A stretch of 43,400 bases of DNA, taken from IMG/VR virus record IMGVR_UViG_3300045187_000085, positions 1 through 43,400 of that record. The stretch is one strand, 5' to 3'. The notes under the pieces are model-generated. The model was not told the origin of the DNA and made no database searches. It saw only the letters and a program-made list of their open reading frames with translations. This DNA is from a virus. Its lineage: Duplodnaviria > Caudoviricetes. Made by a program: the position numbers and the translations under genes. Below, piece after piece: positions 25,013 through 33,518 of the stretch. Position 1 is the stretch's first letter; each line of letters starts with the position of its first letter.

Positions 25013-25296
25013 GATTCCTTCGCCACGTAGAATTCATCCGGCAGGCCCGGCTGATTATGGTTGCGGTCGAGCCGATGCGCCTTGAGCCGGTCAAGAAACC
25101 GCTGGCGCACCGCCACGGGCATCTCGGCCTTGCGATAGGGCAACTGGCTCACGACCCAGCGCACGGTGCTGTCGGTCATCGGGACGCTGTAGAGGCGCAT
25201 GACGACGGCGATCCGGGCATGAGAAAGCCCGTGCAGGTGCAACACCTCAATCATAAAGCGATGTCTCGACGTGTATTTCGGAGGGCGTCCGCGCAT
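25009..25296 (-). CDS. HTH-like hypothetical protein
   Basis: RGRPPKY...GLSHARIA; coupled. Confidence 0.6.
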   Translation of the reverse strand: MRGRPPKYTSRHRFMIEVLHLHGLSHARIAVVMRLYSVPMTDSTVRWVVSQLPYRKAEMPVAVRQRFLDRLKAHRLDRNHNQPGLPDEFYVAKES

Positions 25297-25469
25297 CAGG
25301 ATTCCACCTCGGCCCGCTCATGCGTGGTGATCCGATGCCCGCACGCTTTGCAGACGCGGCGACGACGGATGCTGCCGGGCGCGAGCCGCGTTTCGGACGT
25401 GCGAAACTCGCCGTGTCCGCACTTCGGGCAATGCAATCCGTTCTGGGCGGATGTGCCGATGGTACTCAT
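25296..25469 (-). CDS. NrdR-N-like zinc-ribbon protein (57 aa)
   Basis: CPKCGH...TSETR....IRRRRVCKACGHRITTHE; ATG at 25469. Confidence 0.75.
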   Translation of the reverse strand: MSTIGTSAQNGLHCPKCGHGEFRTSETRLAPGSIRRRRVCKACGHRITTHERAEVES

Positions 25470-25837
25470 CCCCGCCTCCGCTTCTTGCGCTCGACCACTA
25501 CCTGCTTGCCGCGCTTGGCGAACACGATCTCGGCCGGCTTGTCGCCGAACACGCGCGCCTTCTCGGCCGCCGCGGATTCCTCCTTCTGCTTCCGCCACTC
25601 CTCGATGCCGAGAATATCCGCCTCGACCTCCTCGACGTGCTCGACGCGGATTCGGTTGTTCAGGATTTCCTTCACCCGATCCTTTGCAACGCGGATGGCT
25701 TCCGTCGCGGATTCGCAGAGCACCGGGCGCTTGTCCTTGAAGACCTGGCGCCACTCATCACCATCGAACAGGCGGTAAAGCGGCCGATACTTGCCGCCGA
25801 TCGCCATCGAGCCGAATTCTGGGAGGAAATCGCGCAT
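25466..25837 (-). CDS. Hypothetical protein
   Basis: Coupled between dnaB and the zinc ribbon gene. Confidence 0.7.
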   Translation of the reverse strand: MRDFLPEFGSMAIGGKYRPLYRLFDGDEWRQVFKDKRPVLCESATEAIRVAKDRVKEILNNRIRVEHVEEVEADILGIEEWRKQKEESAAAEKARVFGDKPAEIVFAKRGKQVVVERKKRRRG

Positions 25838-27297
25838 CAGAAGCCCTCCAAGGATTCTTGCTCAACCGGCGCGCGGTCAGATTTGTAACGGGTTAGGCGG
25901 GCCTCGAAGATGAGCCGCTGGCGGACGTGAGGTGATCCGAACCGAACTTTCACCGCGCCGATCTCTGCGATGTCGACTCCATCGTTCCGCACCGCCGACG
26001 GAAAAGCCTTCTCGATCTTCTTCCAATCCGAGTCGCTACTGGCGATCGCCTTCCTCTCCTCGAGGAATTTCAGGAAGCGATAGAGGTAGAAGATCGCATC
26101 GAACGGCGTCTTCGCAGGATCCCCGCCAAACAGGTCCATCGAGATCGGCCGCGGATTGTCGCGCTTCATGCCGAAGCTGTTGCGCTGGTTGAGCACAAGC
26201 CATGCGGCATCCGTCATTTCGGCTCCGGCCTTCAGGATTTGTCCGATACCCTTGGCCTTGGTGCCCTCGTCAGCCCGACGATCTTCGGGCTTCACCACGC
26301 CGATGTGGTCAACCACCACGAACGGCACCTTGTCGTTGCCGCGCCGTTTCACGAAGGTCCGCGCCAGCCCGACGAGTTGCGGCGCTGATTGATCGGTGCA
26401 TTTGATGACCTCGAACGGGACCGAGCCGATCCAGCGGGCGAAGCTCATGCAAGTCTCGAACTCCTTCTCCGACAGCAGCTTTGCGTCCCGCTGCCGACGA
26501 GCCTCGATCTCGTTCTCCTGCGCCACCATCTGACGGATCACCTGATCCGACGATTGGTCAAAGGAGAGGAAGCAGACCGGATGCCCCTTCTTCAGGGCAT
26601 GCAGGATCAACTGGATTGTAAGGGAGGTCTTGCCCTCGCCCGACGAAGACAGCAGCCCGTAGAGGTTTCCCGCCTCGAAGCATGGTTCCGAAATCACCTC
26701 AGCGATTTCGTCGAGAGCGATAGGCACGCCCCTGACTTCGCCTCGCTGGTAGGACATCGACAGGCTGTCGAGGTAGGACTGCCCGGCGTTCTTGATCGGC
26801 GAGGATTTCAGCGCATCGGCGCGGATCGCAGCCATGCGCTCCTCGATCGGCTCGAACGCCTTCAGCGGATTCTCGCCCGGCGCGAGGTTGAAGTAGGTGT
26901 CGACGCCATCCTGAAGCGCGCCGATTGCTTGCCGCGCGACCCACGCATCGAAAATCGCTGCGGCATAATCCGGCGCATTCACCACCGTCACCGCATGCGT
27001 GCAGAGATGGGCGAGATAGCCAGAAACCGTCGCCTCCTGCCCCTCGATCTTCAGACCTTCGACCTTGGCAGGCAGGCTGTTCTTCAGCGTCACCGGGTTT
27101 GCGCCGCGGCCGTTCGCAAGTGACTGGCCGATCACCTCATAGACGCGCTGGTGCAGCGGTTCGTAGAAGTGCTGCGGTTCCAGCAGACGGTTCACCACAT
27201 CGAAAGCGGCGTTATTCAGGAGGATCGCGCCGAGAAGCGCCTGTTCCGCGGGAACGTTCTCGGGAACGGCACGGACGGATGGATCGTGCGCGTTCAT
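25837..27297 (-). CDS. dnaB: DnaB-like replicative helicase
   Basis: PENVPAEQALLGAILL N-domain, Walker A SSGEGKTS, VVVDHIG, LNQ, KVRFG. Confidence 0.9.
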   Translation of the reverse strand: MNAHDPSVRAVPENVPAEQALLGAILLNNAAFDVVNRLLEPQHFYEPLHQRVYEVIGQSLANGRGANPVTLKNSLPAKVEGLKIEGQEATVSGYLAHLCTHAVTVVNAPDYAAAIFDAWVARQAIGALQDGVDTYFNLAPGENPLKAFEPIEERMAAIRADALKSSPIKNAGQSYLDSLSMSYQRGEVRGVPIALDEIAEVISEPCFEAGNLYGLLSSSGEGKTSLTIQLILHALKKGHPVCFLSFDQSSDQVIRQMVAQENEIEARRQRDAKLLSEKEFETCMSFARWIGSVPFEVIKCTDQSAPQLVGLARTFVKRRGNDKVPFVVVDHIGVVKPEDRRADEGTKAKGIGQILKAGAEMTDAAWLVLNQRNSFGMKRDNPRPISMDLFGGDPAKTPFDAIFYLYRFLKFLEERKAIASSDSDWKKIEKAFPSAVRNDGVDIAEIGAVKVRFGSPHVRQRLIFEARLTRYKSDRAPVEQESLEGF

Positions 27298-27842
27298 GCC
27301 ACCACTCCCGCCGCCATCAGGCGGAACTGGTCGCACTTCTTCGCCGTCCAGTAGGCGATAATGCAGGCGTCGCGAGCGTCTTGGTTGGTGGCGACGATCT
27401 TCAACCGCTCACACATTTGCTTCGCGCGCTCCTTCGACGAGCCCTTGATGTCCTTGTCGATCACCGACAGCCACGACTGCGGCCTCACCTCGACGCAGGG
27501 TATGTTTTGGCCGGTGACGCAGATCTGCGCCGCGCCGGCGAGCCGGTTGAGCTGCATCACCGTGCCGGGATTGATTGTGGAGACTTCCTCCTCCTCGCCG
27601 AACATCGTCTTCGACTTCTTGGTGAAGGTCGGAACGATCGAAAGAGGCGCTTCGATGGCACAGAAATCCGGCCGATGCTCGCGGATCAGCTTTGGCAGCT
27701 TCCTTCGCATGTCGGCCACCTTCTCGAAGGCGTTATCCCCGATGAACTGGAGAGCGCCAGAAAGCATCGACGACGGGTCGCGATCGGCATCCCAAACCGC
27801 ATATCCGCACTTCGTTGCCACGTCCAAGGCGAGGATCTTCAT
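27294..27842 (-). CDS. RuvC-like Holliday junction resolvase
   Basis: MKILALDVATKCGYA, AIEAP, VRPQSW, QDARDA. Confidence 0.8.
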   Translation of the reverse strand: MKILALDVATKCGYAVWDADRDPSSMLSGALQFIGDNAFEKVADMRRKLPKLIREHRPDFCAIEAPLSIVPTFTKKSKTMFGEEEEVSTINPGTVMQLNRLAGAAQICVTGQNIPCVEVRPQSWLSVIDKDIKGSSKERAKQMCERLKIVATNQDARDACIIAYWTAKKCDQFRLMAAGVVA

Positions 27843-28132
27843 GGCTGCCCGCCTCCCCTGACGAGCCGATAGACCTCGCCAGTGCTGACGCCGCCGTCGA
27901 TCGACATCCCGTGTCGGCGGAGGATTCGATCCAGCCGCATCACTTCGTTGCAGAACTCGACGTAGGCGATGACGGGCTGGTCCTTCGGGCTCGGGAACCC
28001 GCACCAGTGGATGATCTTGTCCCGATGGCTCGGGCCGTTATCGCGCAGATATCGGTAGACCCGCAGCGCGCGGCCATAGACGTCGGCGCTGCGGATTCCA
28101 TCCTCTATCGACTTGTTGAGGCCGGCGGTCAT
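27839..28132 (-). CDS. Hypothetical (winged-helix-like) protein
   Basis: Coupled ORF. Confidence 0.65.
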   Translation of the reverse strand: MTAGLNKSIEDGIRSADVYGRALRVYRYLRDNGPSHRDKIIHWCGFPSPKDQPVIAYVEFCNEVMRLDRILRRHGMSIDGGVSTGEVYRLVRGGGQP

Positions 28133-28866
28133 GCGATTGCCCTCGCTCCTGAAAACATATCCGGTCCAGCATGGGCGGCGCGCAGCCGCGCCACGGCCAT
28201 GTCGAAGAACGGTTCGTGGATCTCGATGCCGATGAACTTCCTGCCGAGGCGCATGCAGGCGACTCCGGTGGTGCCACTGCCCATGAAAGGATCGAGCACC
28301 ACCTGTCCCGGCGCCGAGGAGTTGCGGACGTATTCCTCCATCAGGGCGACCGGCTTTTCGGTCGGATGCCCCGCTTCCTTCTCTATGCCGCCGCGGAGAA
28401 GTTGCTTGGAGGACGGATCGTTTATCGTCTTCGCCCGGCCCTTCCAGAGATAGGCCGTGAACTCCAGGTTCTTCATGTACCAGCGGTTCGCCGTCGGCGT
28501 GACCTTGTCCCAGACCAGCACGTTGTGGAGGCCAAACCCGGCATCCGTGGCCGCATTGAGGATCGGCCGAAGGTTCTTGTCGTTCGACATCACGTAGCAG
28601 TCGGCGTCGTCGACGAGGACGTCATGAAGAGCCGCCATCATCTCAGGGAACGGTACAGTCGCCATGATGAGTTGACCGTCGTTTGCATAGTTGTGCGAGG
28701 CGAAGATGCCGGACATGGTCTTCGATGATTTCGAGACGCCGCCGGTGGTGAGCGCATACGGCACGTCGCTGACGACAAGGTCGACCTTCGGCAAACCGGG
28801 CAGGATCGCCATGGCATCACCAAGGAGAAGGCGGCAATCGCCTACGATTTCCTCGCGGACGATCAT
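28129..28866 (-). CDS. Beta-class N6-adenine/N4-cytosine DNA methyltransferase
   Basis: SDVPY (variant motif IV), HPTEKPVALM, VLDPFMGSGTTG (motif I). Confidence 0.9.
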   Translation of the reverse strand: MIVREEIVGDCRLLLGDAMAILPGLPKVDLVVSDVPYALTTGGVSKSSKTMSGIFASHNYANDGQLIMATVPFPEMMAALHDVLVDDADCYVMSNDKNLRPILNAATDAGFGLHNVLVWDKVTPTANRWYMKNLEFTAYLWKGRAKTINDPSSKQLLRGGIEKEAGHPTEKPVALMEEYVRNSSAPGQVVLDPFMGSGTTGVACMRLGRKFIGIEIHEPFFDMAVARLRAAHAGPDMFSGARAIA

Positions 28867-29105
28867 CAAACCGCCCCCATGAACCACAGGAACGCGACGA
28901 TGGCCGCAGCCTCGATCACGACCAGAGACAGGATCGGGCGATACGAGAACGGCCGATCATGCCAACGCAGCGGCTCGTCGCGACCATCAATGCCTGGATC
29001 GTCAGGCTGGCGCGCCGGCCAGTGCGTATCGCCACGCGCCTTCTTCGCGGCCACGGCGGCATAGTAACTGCCGATGCCGTCCTTCTGCGGATCGTACTCG
29101 CTCAT
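28866..29105 (-). CDS. Small protein with C-terminal TM
   Basis: Coupled; hydrophobic C-terminus. Confidence 0.6.
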   Translation of the reverse strand: MSEYDPQKDGIGSYYAAVAAKKARGDTHWPARQPDDPGIDGRDEPLRWHDRPFSYRPILSLVVIEAAAIVAFLWFMGAV

Positions 29106-29200
29106 CGCCCCAGAACCCAGCCGAGAACGAAGGCGAAAGCCACAACGACGAGGATGGCGACGAACTCGCCGTCAGCCGGTTGAGACAGCCACTCCATCAT
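29102..29200 (-). CDS. Small membrane peptide (32 aa)
   Basis: ATGA overlaps at both ends; FVAILVVVAFAFVLGWVLG. Confidence 0.5.
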   Translation of the reverse strand: MMEWLSQPADGEFVAILVVVAFAFVLGWVLGR

Positions 29201-29550
29201 GCCGCCCTCGCGCTTTTCTGGGCGAGGCTCCAGCCGACGCCCCAATGGGTGACTATCTCGATGCCTTGGCGAGCGAGCTTGCGACGCAGCTTGCACAGCC
29301 AAACGTCTATGATCTTTGGATCGGGCTGGGCGGCTATGTGGCCGTAGAGAACCATCATCGCGGATTCGCGCGTCACCAGTTCTCGGGCGGCCATGTGCGC
29401 GTAGAGCCGGCGTTCGCGATCAGTCAGGCCCCACGACAACGGCGCGTTCTTCCCGCCCTCGACAAGCTGCTGCTTCAACTGCCGCACCTGCTCGCGGAGC
29501 GTTTCGTTCTCCACGCGGAGCCTGTGCTTTTCCATGTCTTCGACTGCCAT
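29197..29550 (-). CDS. Stand-alone OmpR/PhoB-type winged-helix domain, CtrA-like, without receiver domain
   Basis: LTDRE...LYG....PDPKIIDVWLCKLRRKL....IVTHWGVGWSL; short N-terminal coiled coil. Confidence 0.8.
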   Translation of the reverse strand: MAVEDMEKHRLRVENETLREQVRQLKQQLVEGGKNAPLSWGLTDRERRLYAHMAARELVTRESAMMVLYGHIAAQPDPKIIDVWLCKLRRKLARQGIEIVTHWGVGWSLAQKSARAA

Positions 29551-29604
29551 GACCCCATCCTTGATAATGGGAGCGCCTGTCGGCCGGCGCGCGCCACGCT
29601 CGGA

Positions 29605-30000
29605 TTACTCGGCCGTCAGGATTTCCAGCGCCGCCTCGCAGGACGACACGATCTTCTGGTCGGCCTCGATGTCGCGCGCGGCCTGCGCTTTGGCCTCGGT
29701 TTCACGCTCGGCAAGATCGGCCAGCGCCGCCTCGTGCCGGGCCTTCTCTTCCTTCCGCGCCGCCGCGATGCTCGCCAGCGTCGCCTTCAGGCCCTTCTTG
29801 GTGTCGGAAATCCGCTGCTTGCGCTTGGTGATCGAGTGCCGGTGCGCCGCCGCGATCCGGTCCTGCTCGTTCTCGGGATCGGGCGCGACGTAGCGCGAGA
29901 CCGTCGGCTTCTTCAGCGCGACCACGTTCATGTCGCGATCCAGTTCGGCGCCAAGGTCGCGCTCCAGATTGCGCAGTGCTTGTGCTGTGCTCATGTTCAA
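29605..30000 (-). CDS. Coiled-coil hypothetical protein
   Basis: Good codon usage; start may be ATG 29994. Confidence 0.7.
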   Translation of the reverse strand: MNMSTAQALRNLERDLGAELDRDMNVVALKKPTVSRYVAPDPENEQDRIAAAHRHSITKRKQRISDTKKGLKATLASIAAARKEEKARHEAALADLAERETEAKAQAARDIEADQKIVSSCEAALEILTAE

Positions 30001-30089
30001 ACTCCCTTGATGGAGATGCCGGCCACGACGATGCGAACTCGGGCGCGCGGCCGGCGCTGGCGGAAAAATCTGGCGAGGCGGACGATCAT

Positions 30090-30632
30090 CTACTTGCTGC
30101 CGATCTCGCCCATCTTCTGAAGCATCTCCCGTCGACCGGGAGGCGGATCGCCCATGATCGAGGCGGTGACGTTTCGGACGGGCTGTGCCCGCGCAGCGGG
30201 GCGCTGTGCTGGCTGCGTGGTCTGCTTCTTATTCGGCGCGGTCTCGTCGGCCCACTTCGGCAGGACGATCTCGATCCAGCCCTCGTCGACGTTTTCCCAT
30301 TGGCACCACAGCGCCGGCTCGGAACGGTTAACGAAAGCGTCCTGGTGCCCCATCTTCAGCGAGAACCAGACACCCTTAGCGGCCTTTTGTTGGGCGATTG
30401 CCACCTGCCCGGCGCTGTTGTTCTTGCGAAGGCGCAGGAGACCGTGATGCTCGCCACTGCCGATCATGATCTCGATCTTGTCTCCGTCGGACCAGCCGAG
30501 CTTCTTCCCGACAGTTTCGCTGATCGAGAACGACATCTGGGCCGGAGACTTCGACGTCTGCCGGAGCGAGACCTTGATCCCGGTGCCGACCGACGCCGGC
30601 TTGATCTCGATATGCGCCTTCGCCCACGCCAT
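30090..30632 (-). CDS. Hypothetical protein (AbrB-like segment)
   Basis: SISETVGKKLGWSDGDKIEI; C-terminal MGDPPPGR. Confidence 0.7.
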   Translation of the reverse strand: MAWAKAHIEIKPASVGTGIKVSLRQTSKSPAQMSFSISETVGKKLGWSDGDKIEIMIGSGEHHGLLRLRKNNSAGQVAIAQQKAAKGVWFSLKMGHQDAFVNRSEPALWCQWENVDEGWIEIVLPKWADETAPNKKQTTQPAQRPAARAQPVRNVTASIMGDPPPGRREMLQKMGEIGSK

Positions 30633-30636
30633 CGGA

Positions 30637-31197
30637 TCAATCCTCGTCCTCGTCGAAGACGTCGTCGTCAGCGTCGGACTTGATGAGTTCGTCGCCGGCG
30701 GGCTCCATGGACAGGATCAGTTCCCGTTCACGGGTCCCATCATGGAAAGCCGAAATCCAAGCCTGACCCTGCTCGCTGTCGACGGCGTAGGGGTTCTGGT
30801 CCATGCCCTGCCCCATAATGCCGACATACCGACCAAGCTCCTTGGCCTTCGCGGTGCTGTCGCGGCTCGGCGTCTCGACCCGGAACATATCGAGCTGCTT
30901 CTTCTCGATCGGCGTGCCCAGGATCATCAGGTACTCGGTGAGCGCCTTGAGGTACGCGACTTTCTCGTCGACCTTGCCGGACTTCTTGATCGCGAGCGCG
31001 TCTTTCGCGGCGGCGAGATGGATGCCCTTTGCCTCGACGTGCTTCAGGGTGTTCCGGTAGTTGCCGTTGGCGGTCTCGAACTCCGCCTTGGCGCGAGCGA
31101 TCTTGCCAAGCTGAAGCGCGACGACCGCGTCCTCGGCCGGGCCGTTCTTCCTCAGTTCGACGACGTTGTCGTCCTTCTTCGCCTGTGCTTTCGCCAT
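30637..31197 (-). CDS. Hypothetical protein; GapR-like helical N-half and Rmf/CrpP-like C-terminal motif
   Basis: RNTLKHVEAKGIHLAAAKDALAIKK...LTEYLMILG; GRYVGIMG..NPY....QAWISAFHDG. Confidence 0.65.
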   Translation of the reverse strand: MAKAQAKKDDNVVELRKNGPAEDAVVALQLGKIARAKAEFETANGNYRNTLKHVEAKGIHLAAAKDALAIKKSGKVDEKVAYLKALTEYLMILGTPIEKKQLDMFRVETPSRDSTAKAKELGRYVGIMGQGMDQNPYAVDSEQGQAWISAFHDGTRERELILSMEPAGDELIKSDADDDVFDEDED

Positions 31198-31216
31198 TGT
31201 TGGCTCTCCTGTTGAG

Positions 31217-31411
31217 TTACGCGACCTCGACGACCATCACGTCGCCGTCGTCGAACTTGATCCGCATCAGTGTCTTGTCCTGTTGGAAGGCCGAGCGGAG
31301 TTGCCCGTCCTCATCCTCGTAGGCACACTGGTCACTGACGCCGACTTCCGTGATGGCCGCGCCTTTCCTGATCTTCCGGATCAGGTCGCGCTTGCCGGAG
31401 ATTTTCGCCAT
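31217..31411 (-). CDS. Hypothetical protein
   Basis: gaggagg SD. Confidence 0.7.
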   Translation of the reverse strand: MAKISGKRDLIRKIRKGAAITEVGVSDQCAYEDEDGQLRSAFQQDKTLMRIKFDDGDVMVVEVA

Positions 31412-31450
31412 TGTTGGCCTCCTCTGGCCGCTGGTTAGGATTTCAGGTGC

Positions 31451-31660
31451 TCACCGCCGCCAGTCGCGCGTGTTCCGCAGCGACAGCCACGGAAGCGCGA
31501 TGGCGAAGATGATGAGAACGAGGGCGATCGGCCCCCAAATCGGCGCGAGAACCCACCACCACGACCAGTCGATGAAGCCGGTGAGCTTGAGCCCGATGAA
31601 AAGGATGGCGAGCAGGCTCAGAAAGACGCTGCCGCCACCGGAGGAATTGGCGTTGCTCAT
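31451..31660 (-). CDS. Small phage membrane protein
   Basis: LFIGLKLTGFIDWSWWWVLAPIW motif, widespread in phages. Confidence 0.8.
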   Translation of the reverse strand: MSNANSSGGGSVFLSLLAILFIGLKLTGFIDWSWWWVLAPIWGPIALVLIIFAIALPWLSLRNTRDWRR

Positions 31661-31663
31661 GGC

Positions 31664-32236
31664 CTACGCCTCCTCTCGCGGCGCAGCCGCCACCACTCCT
31701 CGACCATCCGGGCCAAGGCTCGCATCAACCGCATCGGCATGGTTCCTGATCTGGAGGCGCTGGCGCTCGTACTCGTCAGCCTTGGCCTCGACGCGCTGGC
31801 ACAATTCCTCGTAGGCCAGCATGAACGGGATCATCACGCTTCCCGCGACGGTCTTCATTTCCTTCCAGCGATCCCAGCACCGCTTGGCCTGAGACACCGG
31901 AGCGCCGAGTTCGTCGGCAACGCGCTGGACAGCGGCGCCCATCGTGTCACCACGACCGCGGAATTGCGCCCGCGCAACGCACTCCATCCAGAACACCGTC
32001 CGCTCGGGATCGGTCATTCCCTTCGTGTCACGAAGCGCGCGAAGGTCACGCGCTATGACGGATTCGTCATTCCTTCTGACGGACATGCTCGGCACTCCTC
32101 GATACGGTTCACGCATCGAGGAAGCGCGCCGGTCGCCGGAGCGCCGATCAGGGAAAGGAAGAACAGATGCAGCGCCGACGGAACCGCCAAGCTCAGACCG
32201 GCATGCAACTGGATATGTTTGACACAGGATGCTCAT
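31664..32236 (-). CDS. Hypothetical regulator in CII-like position (start uncertain)
   Basis: Coupled; RGRGDTMGAAVQRVADELGAPVSQAKRCW HTH-like segment. Confidence 0.6.
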   Translation of the reverse strand: MSILCQTYPVACRSELGGSVGAASVLPFPDRRSGDRRASSMREPYRGVPSMSVRRNDESVIARDLRALRDTKGMTDPERTVFWMECVARAQFRGRGDTMGAAVQRVADELGAPVSQAKRCWDRWKEMKTVAGSVMIPFMLAYEELCQRVEAKADEYERQRLQIRNHADAVDASLGPDGRGVVAAAPREEA

Positions 32237-32427
32237 TCCGAGCCCCCGACATGATGGACCGCCGAGAGTTCGCGCCTGATCCTCTGGATTTCGCTCAACT
32301 CATCCGACAGTTCCCGGCCCAGGTCCGTCAGATCCCTGAGCGTGAAAAGCAGGGTGATCATCACGTGACCGCCTCCGATCAGCCACACCGCAGAGATCGA
32401 CCACATGACGATGACTTCGAGGCTCAT
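32233..32427 (-). CDS. Small membrane protein
   Basis: aggagg SD; ATGA overlap. Confidence 0.6.
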   Translation of the reverse strand: MSLEVIVMWSISAVWLIGGGHVMITLLFTLRDLTDLGRELSDELSEIQRIRRELSAVHHVGGSE

Positions 32428-32513
32428 GCCGCGCCTCCTGCTGGACGCCCCTTCGCTCCGGGAGCAGGATTGAGGTGCGAATCCAACCCGCCAGCCGAAG
32501 CGAAGGAGCGAAC

Positions 32514-32840
32514 ATGGAAAGAACGATGGAGGATTTGGAAGTCGACCTCAGGATCGCCAACGCAAGGGCCGAGGTCGCGATCGGGCTCGTGCGAACACTG
32601 GTCCGCGAGCTTTCCGGCATCGTATCGTGGAACGAGGACGACCTGTTCCGGTCCTACCTCGACAGCTTCGATGACGAAGACCCGGCCAGGGACTATGCCT
32701 GCCTCGACTTCGTCCGCTTCCACGGCGGAGATGATGGCGTCAATCCCGGAGAGGCTTACGGCGCAGACCTCCGGCGACGCGAAGTGCTCGACCACAAGAT
32801 CAGGAAGCAGATCAGGCAAGATCGCGCCTCCTCGATTTGA
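32514..32840 (+). CDS. Acidic hypothetical protein, antisense to the early operon
   Basis: aaggag SD before ATG 32514. Confidence 0.6.
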   Translation: MERTMEDLEVDLRIANARAEVAIGLVRTLVRELSGIVSWNEDDLFRSYLDSFDDEDPARDYACLDFVRFHGGDDGVNPGEAYGADLRRREVLDHKIRKQIRQDRASSI

Positions 32841-33171
32841 GGTGGTGCCCCATCCTGAAGGCGTAGCTGGACATTCCGGGTGGGCAGACGCGGCTAATGG
32901 TGCGCGTGAGATTCTGACGCGCACGCGGTTCGCTTCTCCGAAAAAAGTCTCGAAGGAGCCGGGCATGCAGGGTGCGGCTCACCCGACCGCGCAACTCCAC
33001 GTACTCGTTGTAGTCGATGGCGCCGCGCATCCACATCGAGCGCAGAGTCGCGCGCTCCTTCCTCACCGCAGCATAGAGCTTGGCATGCGCGTCCGTGCAG
33101 CGGGCCTCATCTTCCAGCCTCTGGAGGAACCCAGATGTGCGGAGAGCTTGATAGATTGGGTTGCGGATCAT
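32812..33171 (-). CDS. Hypothetical protein
   Basis: ATGA-coupled to cro. Confidence 0.55.
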   Translation of the reverse strand: MIRNPIYQALRTSGFLQRLEDEARCTDAHAKLYAAVRKERATLRSMWMRGAIDYNEYVELRGRVSRTLHARLLRDFFRRSEPRARQNLTRTISRVCPPGMSSYAFRMGHHLKSRRRDLA

Positions 33172-33422
33172 GCCGCGACACCTTCAGCAGCGCGGGCACG
33201 GGACGCTTCGTCCGGCGTCGGGACCGGGATGCCGTTCTCCTGTGCAATGCGGAGGATGTCGTGAGCATCGCGAGCCTTGAGGGCCTGATCCTTCAGCGCC
33301 TCCATCCGAAAGATGCGGACCTGATAGAGGAACAACCGCTTCGCGAACTCGCCCTGCGTTTCCCCGAGCGCTCGCCGGATGCACCAGAGCTGATTGCCGG
33401 TCAAGCTTGGGCCCGCACTCAT
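33168..33422 (-). CDS. cro: Cro-like HTH repressor
   Basis: LTGNQLWCIRRALGETQGEFAKRL; divergent from cI; aggag SD. Confidence 0.75.
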   Translation of the reverse strand: MSAGPSLTGNQLWCIRRALGETQGEFAKRLFLYQVRIFRMEALKDQALKARDAHDILRIAQENGIPVPTPDEASRARAAEGVAA

Positions 33423-33432
33423 GTATTGATCT

Positions 33433-33493
33433 CCTACAAATCGTATTAGACGAATACGCAAAGATTGCGCCCCATGTCAATACCAATCGTATT
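33433..33493. promoter_or_regulatory. OR/PR-like switch region with operator-like sites
   Basis: CCTAC-AAATC-GTATT (33433-33447), AATAC-CAATC-GTATT (33479-33493); minus-strand TTGACA at 33475-33480. Confidence 0.7.
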
Positions 33494-33518
33494 TGAAAAT
33501 ATGCGACGCTCGGCGACC

